From contig CAVTRY010000007.1 in assembly GCA_963737265.1 (NCBI GenBank), forward strand, positions 96,001 through 160,000: a DNA stretch of 64,000 nucleotides. The letters are read 5' to 3'. Shown here piece by piece: positions 19,029-28,667 of the stretch (its first letter is position 1; each line of letters begins with the position of its first letter). Position numbers and translations under genes: made by a program. The DNA comes from an uncultured delta proteobacterium (GTDB taxonomy: Bacteria > Myxococcota_A > Polyangia > Fen-1088). Below the pieces are notes generated by a model. That model was not told the DNA's origin and ran no database searches. It worked only from the letters and a program-made list of their open reading frames with translations.

Positions 19029-20081
19029 CTATGGGAAATAGAAGACATTCTCGGCGCCAAAGGTAGCCACCAGGGCGTCGACGTAGCTGCGCACATAGTC
19101 CCGCCGAGAAACGACGGCGCGAATTTCCGCCTTGGTCAGGATCTCGTAGTCGCCCTCGGACGCCTGCGCCAGCACGCGCGCCAGCGTATCCTCGGAAATC
19201 CGATCGAGGGCCTGATAGAGCCGCCGGGAAAGACGCTGCACGCGCCCGAGCGCGGTCCGCGTCTTTTCGTTGCCCTGGGATTCGATGAAGAACGACATCG
19301 TGTTGTCCATGAAGAGCAGGCGCGAGCCGTCTTGGTTGGTCAGCATATTGCCGCCGCTGTAGCGATCCGGGTTGTTGGTTAGAAAGTCGAACACCAGCAT
19401 GTCGGAAAGCTGCGCCGCGAGCGCGTGCTTCGGCGCGGGAATGGGCTGACCTTGCGATAGCCACTGCGTGCTCTGGCGGATGCCGTCCGGCGTGTCGAGG
19501 CCCGAATCCTTGATCACGGGAACCCAATACATCATCACGCCCGCCGTGTTGCCGCGCGGATCGAAAATGGTTTCGGCGCGAATGCGGGGAAGCATGGACA
19601 CGGTGTCCGGGTGCAGGTGCGTGAACATCTCGGCGTGGCTGACCATTCTCGGCGTGGCGGGTGGAACCGCGCTGAGCCCGAGCAGGCGGCCCAGGCGATA
19701 GGCGGCGACCTCCTTGCGCGGGATGGTTTGCAGATTGGTCTGCGCCGGCTTGAACGCCGCCCGCGAGCCATCGGCAAAATCCACTCGGAACGACAGCGAC
19801 GATCCGCCCTTGTTGAACTTCATGCGCGCGATGGGCTGGCTGCGCAGGCGTGCGATGAGAAAATCGTCCTCCATACCCATGAACGTCCCCGCCGACTCTT
19901 GCGTGATGGCCGGGCTCGGCGGCGGCGGATTCGCGCTGCGTGCGGCCAGACTTCGGGCAGCGATTTTTCCCCGGTGCGCGGTGGCCAGGCGAACCATGCC
20001 ACGAACCGCGAAACCAAGTCCCAGCAACGCCACGCCGAAAACGAGGCTTTCCGCGAGTAGGTAGCGCTGGATCCGCATCAT
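19029..20081 (-). CDS. Membrane-anchored atypical kinase-fold protein (Fam20/four-jointed-like)
   Basis: N-terminal TM; KGGSSLS, AAFKP, RKEVAAYRLGRLLGL, VFDFLTNNPDR, LFMDNTMSF motifs. Confidence 0.65.
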   Translation of the reverse strand: MMRIQRYLLAESLVFGVALLGLGFAVRGMVRLATAHRGKIAARSLAARSANPPPPSPAITQESAGTFMGMEDDFLIARLRSQPIARMKFNKGGSSLSFRVDFADGSRAAFKPAQTNLQTIPRKEVAAYRLGRLLGLSAVPPATPRMVSHAEMFTHLHPDTVSMLPRIRAETIFDPRGNTAGVMMYWVPVIKDSGLDTPDGIRQSTQWLSQGQPIPAPKHALAAQLSDMLVFDFLTNNPDRYSGGNMLTNQDGSRLLFMDNTMSFFIESQGNEKTRTALGRVQRLSRRLYQALDRISEDTLARVLAQASEGDYEILTKAEIRAVVSRRDYVRSYVDALVATFGAENVFYFP

Positions 20082-20123
20082 GGATTGCCGTACCCCAAGG
20101 TCAGGCCCACAAGCCGCGAGTGC

Positions 20124-21227
20124 CTATTCACTCGCCGCTCGGAGGGCAGCGGCGATTTGGTCACGCCCCACCCCGCCGACGAAGACGCGCGCGATGGCGC
20201 CGTCGCGCCCGACGACGACGAGGTGGGGAATGGAATACACCCCGTAAAGTCCGCCCACCTCCTGGTCGTCCAGGACTACCGGATAGGGGGAAGGCTGGCG
20301 CTCTAAGAAGGCTCGCAGCTCGGCGCGCGAAAGCTGCGGGCCATCGCAATCGATGCCGACGAACTCGGCGCCGCGCGGATGCCATTCGCGATAGAGGACG
20401 TCCAGCGTCGGCAGCATGGCGAGGCACGGCGGGCACCAGGTGGCCCAAAAGTCGAGCAACACCACGTGGCCGCGCAGATCGCGGAGCTTCACGCTGCCAC
20501 CCGGACCGTCGGCGCGCGCCAGCGTGAAATCCGGAGCCTTGTCGGAGCGACCGAGGGGTCGCAAGAGCTCGTCGTGACGCGCGCACCATGTGCCGCTCAG
20601 AACCAGCGCGAACGCGGGCAAGGCAAGCACGAAGAACACGCCAAGTCCCGCGCCCAGGCCCGAGCCCACCGTTGGTGGCGGCGCGACGGCGACCTCGCCC
20701 TGTCCCTGACGCCGAACCAGCCACACCGACAACGCAACGAAGGTCACGACCAAGGCCCACGCCACCACCCGCGCGATTCGGCTGGCCAGCACCGGCGCGT
20801 CGCCACGGACAGCGTCGATCGCCAGAAAGCGAATCGGGCTCCACACGCAGAAGTAGGGAATGTAGCAAGCCGCTCCGAGCTCTAGCCCCAGCGACGGATC
20901 TCGGCGGCCGCGTCCCGCCAGCACGACGATGGCGAGCGCCGAGACGAGAGCCACGAACGCCGCCGTGCGCACCTCGGAGCCCACCACACCGACCAGTTGG
21001 GTGAGAGCGCCGGTCGTCGACACGCGCGAAAACGACAAGAAAGCGCGCACCAGATCGGGCAGACGAAAGGCGACAACCGCCAGCAGCACCAGATAAAGCG
21101 CATCGCGCACGCCGCCGCTCTTGCGCGCGATGATGCCCGCCAGGCCACGCTTCGGCTCTACCAACAAAAGCCCCACCCGGACCGGGAAGCGCGGCTCGGA
21201 CGGGGTTGGATGTTGCCTAGTTTCCAC
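20124..21227 (-). CDS. Multi-TM membrane protein fused to a TlpA-like thioredoxin
   Basis: About 5 TM segments, then APDFTL...VVLLDFWATWCPPC...YGVYSIP; GTG 21227 overlaps the upstream stop. Confidence 0.85.
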   Translation of the reverse strand: METRQHPTPSEPRFPVRVGLLLVEPKRGLAGIIARKSGGVRDALYLVLLAVVAFRLPDLVRAFLSFSRVSTTGALTQLVGVVGSEVRTAAFVALVSALAIVVLAGRGRRDPSLGLELGAACYIPYFCVWSPIRFLAIDAVRGDAPVLASRIARVVAWALVVTFVALSVWLVRRQGQGEVAVAPPPTVGSGLGAGLGVFFVLALPAFALVLSGTWCARHDELLRPLGRSDKAPDFTLARADGPGGSVKLRDLRGHVVLLDFWATWCPPCLAMLPTLDVLYREWHPRGAEFVGIDCDGPQLSRAELRAFLERQPSPYPVVLDDQEVGGLYGVYSIPHLVVVGRDGAIARVFVGGVGRDQIAAALRAASE

Positions 21228-22359
21228 CGGACTTGTCGCGCGTTTGAAGTAATTTCTTGGCTGAGGTCGCCAGCGCCCCCGGCACATTTCTCGACCGCGC
21301 CAGGGACTTCAAATCGTCGGGGCGCAGGAAACTCAGCAAGCGCAAGGACGACGCCAGCGGACACTTGGGATTGTTCACCAACGCCTGCTTGACCGCGTAG
21401 TCCTTGGTGAACTCGCGGCTGTTCGAGATGAAGCGGATGACGTCGTCGCACACGGCTCGGTTCGCCGCCGCCGCCACGACCTCCATGTCGCTGATCGAAG
21501 GGGAGCGAATCACGCTCATGGCGACGAGCCGGTTGCTGTCGCGAATGAGAACGCTTCGGCAGTAGGCGTTGCCGATGGTCGCCAGGCGAATCTTCTCGAA
21601 GATCTTGAGCTCGTCGAATTTGACGAAGCTGGCACTGGTGTTCTTCTTTTTCTCGTCGGCGATTTCGGCGTGCGGGCCCTCTGCCACCGCCGCGATGTCA
21701 AGCGATGCCGGCACCAGCGCCACCGACTCGGCTTGGCCAAGCACCGCCGCGAAAACTTCGTCGGCGGCGGATGGCACGGTTGCATTCGGATCGTCGTTGA
21801 TGGCCGAGACGATTTCGGCAAACCCCGGAATCCCTTCCGGGCGCACATGGTTGCGCGCGCACAGCTCGAGCGCACGGGTTACCGAAGACATGCGGGCGTG
21901 TTTGTTGAAATAGAGAGTTTCCACGATGGCCGGGCAGCGCAGAAGGCGAACTTCGTTTTGGAAGATGATCTCCAGCCAGCGTTCGCCGAGGTTTTTGGCG
22001 AACAGGACGAAGGTTTCGTCGGCCGTGGCGGGATTGTAGAGCATCTTTTCCAGCGCCTGGTGGCGCGTGACCGGCATGTGCTCGGCGAAGAAATGCAGCA
22101 CCTGCGGCGGCAGCGCCTCGCCGAGAGGCGCCAGGATGATCTTGTCGGGCAAGCTCGCCGGCGCGGCCGCGGCGGCGCCTTTCACCCCGGCATCGGCGTC
22201 GAACGAGAGCTGGTACGCCGCGATCAAGAGCTCGGCGGGCCGCAGCGGCGCCATACCACGCACCGCCATCAATTTGGCTGGCGTGGCGCCGCGGAGCAGC
22301 GATGCCACCGCCGGCGGAAGGCGTTCCACCGGAAGCGGCTCGAGCTTCATCAATTCCAT
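21217..22359 (-). CDS. Conserved hypothetical helical protein (myxobacterial type)
   Basis: 380 aa with strong codon bias; EKIRLATIGN...LIRDSNRLVA...ALVNNPKCP...LARSRNVP. Confidence 0.75.
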   Translation of the reverse strand: MELMKLEPLPVERLPPAVASLLRGATPAKLMAVRGMAPLRPAELLIAAYQLSFDADAGVKGAAAAAPASLPDKIILAPLGEALPPQVLHFFAEHMPVTRHQALEKMLYNPATADETFVLFAKNLGERWLEIIFQNEVRLLRCPAIVETLYFNKHARMSSVTRALELCARNHVRPEGIPGFAEIVSAINDDPNATVPSAADEVFAAVLGQAESVALVPASLDIAAVAEGPHAEIADEKKKNTSASFVKFDELKIFEKIRLATIGNAYCRSVLIRDSNRLVAMSVIRSPSISDMEVVAAAANRAVCDDVIRFISNSREFTKDYAVKQALVNNPKCPLASSLRLLSFLRPDDLKSLARSRNVPGALATSAKKLLQTRDKSGGN

Positions 22360-22395
22360 GACACCTTCATGGCGCGGGCTTCACCCGCAATCCAA

Positions 22396-22528
22396 GGCTC
22401 CGGGCTACTGGCTCCAGGCTCCAGGCTCCGGACTCGAGCTACTCGGTCAAGAGCAGCGATCAGTTTCCTGGACCTTGCCGAACGAACCGGCACTTCAGCC
22501 TGAAGCCTGAAGCCTGAAGCCTGAAGCC
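22396..22528. repeat. Heptamer-array inverted repeat (GGCTCCA-like x5-6 ... TGAAGCC x4-5)
   Basis: Left arm GGCTCCG GGCTACT GGCTCCA GGCTCCA GGCTCCG; right arm TTCAGCC (TGAAGCC)4, the reverse complement of GGCTTCA units. Confidence 0.8.
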
Positions 22529-22611
22529 TCATGACACGACCGCCGAAGAACTCATGGCGCCACGCGAAACATCTCGGAGGTAGTAGATCAGGTTTGTTCA
22601 AACGGCTCCGT

Positions 22612-23382
22612 CTAGGCTGCCCGGTTTCGATCATGCAGGATCTTCAGCCCGCGCAGGGTCAAAAGCTCGTCGTACTCCTCGATGGTCGTCGACTCGCGTG
22701 CCACCAGCGCGCCGAGCCCGCCCGTGGCGATCACCCGCGGCGCGTACGCGACCTCGGTGCGAATGCGATTCACCAGCGCGTCGATCATTCCGGCGTAGCC
22801 GAACACCAGGCCGGACTGAATGCTGGCCACGGTGTTGGTGCCCACCACGGCCTTGGGCCGGGCGATTTCCACCCGCGGCAGCTTGGCGGTGGCGCGATAG
22901 AGGGCATCGGCGGAAATCAGCAGGCCCGGCGTAATCACGCCGCCAGCGTACTCGCCGCGCGCGGTGACCACGTCGAGTGTCGTCGCGGTGCCAAAGTCCA
23001 CCACGATGGCGCCTTGGGGCCAGCGCACGTAGGCGGCCACAGCGTTGACGATGCGGTCGGCGCCGACGTCGCGCGGATTTTCGCACAGCACGGGCATGCC
23101 CGTCTTCATGCCCGGCCCCACCACCAGCGGCGTCAGCTTGAAGTAGCGGGCGAACAAGCGCTCCATCGGCAAAGTCGCGGGCGGCACGACCGACGAGATG
23201 ATCGCGGCGTCGACCTTGTGCATGTCGATCTTCTCGAGCTCGAATAGCCCGTGCAGCGCCGCCGCGTGCTCGTCGGCAGTGCGTTCGCTGCGGGTTTCGA
23301 CGCGCCAATCGAAGCGCAGGTTGTCGCCATCGAAGAGTCCGAACGCGGTGTGGGTGTTTCCTATGTCGACCACGATGAGCAT
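22612..23382 (-). CDS. coaX: Type III pantothenate kinase
   Basis: MLIVVDIGNT, SSVVP, VGADRIVNA, VVDFGTATT, GGVITPG, ATGG. Confidence 0.97.
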   Translation of the reverse strand: MLIVVDIGNTHTAFGLFDGDNLRFDWRVETRSERTADEHAAALHGLFELEKIDMHKVDAAIISSVVPPATLPMERLFARYFKLTPLVVGPGMKTGMPVLCENPRDVGADRIVNAVAAYVRWPQGAIVVDFGTATTLDVVTARGEYAGGVITPGLLISADALYRATAKLPRVEIARPKAVVGTNTVASIQSGLVFGYAGMIDALVNRIRTEVAYAPRVIATGGLGALVARESTTIEEYDELLTLRGLKILHDRNRAA

Positions 23383-23470
23383 GGGGCCTCGACGATAGTA
23401 CAGAAATTGGGGCAATGGTTGTCAGGACAATAGGTCAGCATTTTCCCTTGCTGGCGCCGCGTGGTATTGC

Positions 23471-23608
23471 ATGGGCAAGGTGGCCGTGAATGCCGTGACC
23501 AGCAAACAATTCTGCGAAGTAACCGATCGCGGCGTCAACTTCGACGGCCTGGACGACGCGCGCAAACGGAAGCTCGATTCGACGAGCTCATCGCTCGCGT
23601 CGCTTTGA
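23471..23608 (+). pseudogene. Possible degraded PilZ-domain remnant
   Basis: GVNFDGLDDARKRKL continues as DELIARV if a 5-nt near-duplication (TCGAT/TCGAC) is removed, resembling a PilZ C-terminus; weak evidence. Confidence 0.25.
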
Positions 23609-23638
23609 GGTAGACTTAGAGCTGGTTAGCGACCATTC

Positions 23639-25261
23639 ATGACGACGTCACCCTCACCCGAAGAAAGCTCCGACGAGCTTAGCGCCGTCAGTCAGCGCCT
23701 CGAATACACCTTCAATCCCGACAGCCCACGCATTCTCGTCGTCGACGACGAGCGCGTAATCCGCGAGATTCTGTCCGACTTCCTTGGCCTGGAAGGCTAC
23801 GTGGTGCGCACCGTCGAGGATGGCGTGCAGGCGCTGGAAGAGCTGCAAAAGCGCAGTTACAACCTCGTGCTTTCCGATCTGAAGATGCCCAAGATGAACG
23901 GGCTCGACCTCATTGAAAAGATTACCGAGCTCGGCATCCCGGTGCTGACCGTCATCATGACCGGCTTCGGCACCGTGGAAACCGCCATCGAGGCGATGAA
24001 GCACGGGGCGTACGACTACATCCTCAAGCCATTCAAGGTCGAAGAGGTCATCCACATCGTCAAGCGCGGCCTCGACCGCCAGCGCCTGCAGCACGAGAAC
24101 CTTCGCCTCAAGGACGCGCTTTCCATCTACAAAATCAGCGAAGCCATCGCGACCTCGCTGTCGGTGGAAAAGGTGCTCGACCTGGTGCTCGACGCCGTGC
24201 TCGACGCCGTCGACGCCGACATCGTGAACCTGCTGCTGGAACGGCCGGGCGACGTGCGCAGCGCGAGTGACGGCCCGGGCGCCTTCATCGAGCACGCGCG
24301 CAAGGTGTCGCCGCGCTTCGAGCCGAGCGAAACCGCGCCGCCGCTGAATCTTGGCGAAGTGCTGCCGCTTCTGCAGGACGACAAACCGCTGCTGGTGCAC
24401 GGTTCGCGCGCCTTCCGCTTTCTCTCCGGCCCGCCGGAAAAACGCCTGGTCAGCTTCTGTTCCATCCCGCTCAAGCTCAAGGGCCGCATCGTCGGCATGC
24501 TGAACGCCTACAGTTATTCGAAGGGCGCCAAGTTCAGCGAAGGCCAGCGCAAGATGCTCTACGTGCTCGGCAGCCGCGCCGCGGTTTCCATCGAGAACGC
24601 GCGCTTGTACGAAAGCCTGGTCGACGCCAACGAAGACCTCATCCAGGCCAACGTCTCGCTGGAAGAAAACTTCAAGCAGACCATCATCGGCTTCGCCCAC
24701 GCCCTCGAAGAATCCGACCGCTACACCCGCGGCCATTCCGAACGCGTGGCCACCTACGCGCGTCTCATCGCCGTGGGCATGCGCCTGCCGAGCGATGAAA
24801 TCGAAACCGTCGTAAAATCCGGCCTGCTGCACGACGTGGGAAAAATCGGCATTCGCAACGACCGCCTCAACAAGCCCGGCAAGCTGACCCCCGAAGAGCT
24901 GGCCATGTTCCGCTCGCACCCCGCCAAAGGCCGCCGCATCCTCGAACCCATCCCGTTCATGCGCGACATCGTGCCCGGCTGCTACTGCCACCACGAAGCG
25001 TGGGACGGCTCGGGCTATCCCCAGGGCCTGCGCGCCGACGGCATTCCCACCATCGGCCGCATCGTCGCCGTCGCCGACGCCTACGACGCCATGACCACCG
25101 ACCGCGCCTACCGCAAAGCCCTGCCCCACGTCATCGCGTGCGGCGAGATGGAGCGCTGTAGCGGCACCCAGTTCGACCCCGAAATCGTCAAGGTCTTCCT
25201 CGGCCACATCGACGACTACCGCAAGTTGGAAGTGGCCGCCAGCCGAGTGATTCCGCGCTGA
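23639..25261 (+). CDS. Response regulator with REC + GAF + HD-GYP phosphodiesterase
   Basis: ILVVDDE...SDLKMP...KPF; GAF (IPLKLKGRIVGMLNAYS); YTRGHSERV, LLHDVGK, HHEAWDGSGYP, VADAYDAM. Confidence 0.95.
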   Translation: MTTSPSPEESSDELSAVSQRLEYTFNPDSPRILVVDDERVIREILSDFLGLEGYVVRTVEDGVQALEELQKRSYNLVLSDLKMPKMNGLDLIEKITELGIPVLTVIMTGFGTVETAIEAMKHGAYDYILKPFKVEEVIHIVKRGLDRQRLQHENLRLKDALSIYKISEAIATSLSVEKVLDLVLDAVLDAVDADIVNLLLERPGDVRSASDGPGAFIEHARKVSPRFEPSETAPPLNLGEVLPLLQDDKPLLVHGSRAFRFLSGPPEKRLVSFCSIPLKLKGRIVGMLNAYSYSKGAKFSEGQRKMLYVLGSRAAVSIENARLYESLVDANEDLIQANVSLEENFKQTIIGFAHALEESDRYTRGHSERVATYARLIAVGMRLPSDEIETVVKSGLLHDVGKIGIRNDRLNKPGKLTPEELAMFRSHPAKGRRILEPIPFMRDIVPGCYCHHEAWDGSGYPQGLRADGIPTIGRIVAVADAYDAMTTDRAYRKALPHVIACGEMERCSGTQFDPEIVKVFLGHIDDYRKLEVAASRVIPR

Positions 25262-25265
25262 TCTG

Positions 25266-25308
25266 GGCTTAGGCTCAGGCTGCAGGCGCTACAAGGCTAC
25301 TGGCTACG
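25266..25308. repeat. Degenerate GGCTNCA/GGCTACT heptamer run (half-copy of the 22396 element)
   Basis: GGCTTA GGCTCA GGCTGCA ... GGCTACT GGCTACG. Confidence 0.55.
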
Positions 25309-26144
25309 GAACCAATCCCATCTCGCTGACGATAAATTCCGTGGGCACTCGGGTCTACGTCGCGAACACCAATTCCAACGACGTTTCCATCTTCACCCTT
25401 GATCCCGCAACGGGGGCGCTAAGTGCTTCGGGAACGATAGCGGCAGGGCAGTTCCCGGAGTGGATCACCCTTTCACCCGACGGAAAATTCCTGTATGTCG
25501 CGAACAGTGGTTCGAACGATGTGTCTTCGTACTCAAGACGTGTCCATAAATGGACCCGTCTTGAAGATTTTTAAACCCCACCTGCGGCCGAGCCCTTGGC
25601 TCGGCTGCTGAAGAACTGTCCAATTTTTGGACAGTTCTTCAGTCGATGCCACAACGGGTGCCCTGACGTCGATGGGCACGGTGGCGGCGGGAACGGCCCC
25701 GACCTTTGTCATCGTCCATCCCACGGGCAAATTCGCCTATACGGCGAACGCGAATGTGAACACGGTTTCTCTGTACACGCGGGATACCACCACGGGAATC
25801 CTAGTACCCGCCGTCGACATTCCCGCGGGAACCACATCGCGCTCATTGCCATCGAACCTGCCGGTCATTTCGCCTACGTTGCCGACCAAACCCAGATCAT
25901 GGCGTTTGCAATTGCTCCCGGGAGCGGACTGATGACATCGATAGGAGCACCCACGCCGGTATCGGCGGGAAGCCAACCCTATTACCTCACGGCGGATCCG
26001 GGAGGAACTCACCTGTATGTTGGGCTTGCGAACACGAATACAATCGAAGTATTCGCAATCGACGCGACAACCGGCGCCTTGTGTCCCGTGGGGGCCCCGG
26101 TCAAAGCCGAAAGCAACTCACTCCACGTCGCACTGATGCGCTAG
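25308..26144 (+). pseudogene. Lactonase-family (Pgl/YbhE-like) beta-propeller pseudogene
   Basis: Blades RVYVANTNSNDVSIF, FLYVANSGSNDVSSY, FAYTANANVNTVSLY, FAYVADQ, HLYVGLANTNTIEVF spread over three frames; 5' truncated; MITE insertion at 25536; 1-nt deletion near 25843. Confidence 0.85.
25536..25638. mobile_element. 103-bp MITE-like insertion
   Basis: Ends AGACGTGTCCATAAAT / ATTTTTGGACAGTTCT; direct TCA on both sides (25533-35, 25639-41); removing 106 nt restores SSYS-VDATTGAL in frame. Confidence 0.85.
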
Positions 26145-26152
26145 CAGGGACT

Positions 26153-27106
<954 letters not shown>

Positions 27107-27127
27107 TCGGCAAACCTAGCACACCGG

Positions 27128-27874
27128 TCACTCGGCCGCGGGCTTCTCCGCGGCATTTTCCTCGGCCTTCTTCTCGGCCGCGGCTTTCTTGGCGACCTTT
27201 TTCTCGAGCGCGGGCTTGTCGTCCGTAACGGCTTTGTCTTCGGCCGACTTTTCAGCGGTCGCCTTGTCCACGAGCACCTTCTTCTTGGGCGGAGCGGGCT
27301 CGACGGTGACGGCTTTCTTTTCACCGACCGGCTTTTCGACCGCCCTTTCGGCGCCGGGTTTGTCCAGCTTCCCCAACTTCAAATCCGGCGAGAGCTTGCC
27401 AACCGGCTTGGCCTTGTCGGGAAGAGCCAGCTTCAATTCGGTGCTTGGCTTCGCCACGGCGGTTTTGTCGGCTGGTTGCTCTGCCGCCTCTTCCGCGGGC
27501 GCGCTGCCGGGCTCGCTCTTTTCGGCCTTGGCCTTCTCCGCCCGCTGTTTGTCGATGTCGGTCAGGATTTTCGAATTGGCGGCTTCCTCGGCCTTCTTCG
27601 TCAGCGCGTTCTTTTCCGCGATTTTCTGCAGGCGCCGCGAATCCGACTGGCTGGACAAGTAGGCCAACGCCAGCGAGTTGGCGAAGAAGATGATGGCGCA
27701 CGTCGCGGTCAGCTTGGTCAGAAAGGTCGCGCCGCCCGACGAGCCGAACACGCTCTGGCTGCCGCCGCTGCCGAAGGCCAGCCCGATGCCGCCGCCGCGC
27801 CCCGCTTGCAGGAGCACCACCAGCATGAGAAAGACGCAAACAATAACGTGGACGACAGTTAGGAACGTGAACAC
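27128..27874 (-). CDS. secG: Preprotein translocase SecG with long charged C-terminal extension
   Basis: GTG 27874; VHVIVCVFLMLVVLLQAGRGGGIGLAFG...FLTKLT; follows tpiA; 248 aa. Confidence 0.9.
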   Translation of the reverse strand: MFTFLTVVHVIVCVFLMLVVLLQAGRGGGIGLAFGSGGSQSVFGSSGGATFLTKLTATCAIIFFANSLALAYLSSQSDSRRLQKIAEKNALTKKAEEAANSKILTDIDKQRAEKAKAEKSEPGSAPAEEAAEQPADKTAVAKPSTELKLALPDKAKPVGKLSPDLKLGKLDKPGAERAVEKPVGEKKAVTVEPAPPKKKVLVDKATAEKSAEDKAVTDDKPALEKKVAKKAAAEKKAEENAAEKPAAE

Positions 27875-28644
27875 GCGGCAACCCCTTCTTTCACAATCTT
27901 TGCGAACGAGTCTATGGTAAGCGACGCTCCGCCCACGAGGGCGCCGTCGATGTCCTTTTCGCTCATGAGAACGGCGATATTGTCTGGCTTCACGCTGCCG
28001 CCGTAGAGAATCCGAATCTGCTGTGCGCGCGTCGCCAGACGCTTTGCGAGCTGCGCTCGGATCGATGCGTGGACCTCTTGCGCCTGCGCCGGTGTGGCCA
28101 CGCGACCCGTGCCGATGGCCCACACTGGCTCGTAGGCGATGACCGACTTCACCAGCTCGTCGTCGGTCAAGCCCTTGGTCGAACCGTCGAGCTGGCGGGC
28201 CACCACGGCCAGCGCCTGACCGGCGTCGCGTTCGGACAGGGTTTCCCCGATGCAGATGATGGGCGTAAGACCGTGGGCGAGAGCGGCCTTTGCCTTGCGC
28301 GCCACCGTCTCGTCGGTTTCGCCGAAAAACTGCCGTCGCTCGGAGTGGCCGACGATGGCGTAGCCGGCTCCGGCGTCGGCGATCTGGGCCATGGCCACCT
28401 CGCCCGTGAACGCGCCCTTGAGCTCCCAGTAACCGTCCTGCGACGCCACCCCGACGTTGCCGCCCTTGAGCTTGTCGGCCACCGTGGCGAGCGCCACAAA
28501 GCCCGGTCCCACCGCCACGTCCGCTGCCGTGACGCCGGTAACCGCATCGCGCACGCCGGTGGCCAAGGCCACGGATTCGGACACCGTACCCCACAGCTTC
28601 CAGTTGCCACAGAAAAAAGGTCGAGGAATGCGCGTATTGGACAT
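27859..28644 (-). CDS. tpiA: Triosephosphate isomerase
   Basis: [39 protein letters not shown]. Confidence 0.98.
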   Translation of the reverse strand: MSNTRIPRPFFCGNWKLWGTVSESVALATGVRDAVTGVTAADVAVGPGFVALATVADKLKGGNVGVASQDGYWELKGAFTGEVAMAQIADAGAGYAIVGHSERRQFFGETDETVARKAKAALAHGLTPIICIGETLSERDAGQALAVVARQLDGSTKGLTDDELVKSVIAYEPVWAIGTGRVATPAQAQEVHASIRAQLAKRLATRAQQIRILYGGSVKPDNIAVLMSEKDIDGALVGGASLTIDSFAKIVKEGVAACSRS

Positions 28645-28667
28645 GGCTTTCGGGACTCCTTTCTACT

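Noticed and set aside
22396-22528. CRISPR array
   Set aside because: Units are 7-nt tandem repeats without unique spacers; no cas genes in the window.
23654-25207. 517-aa antisense ORF to the HD-GYP gene
   Set aside because: Typical reverse-complement open frame in a GC-rich gene.
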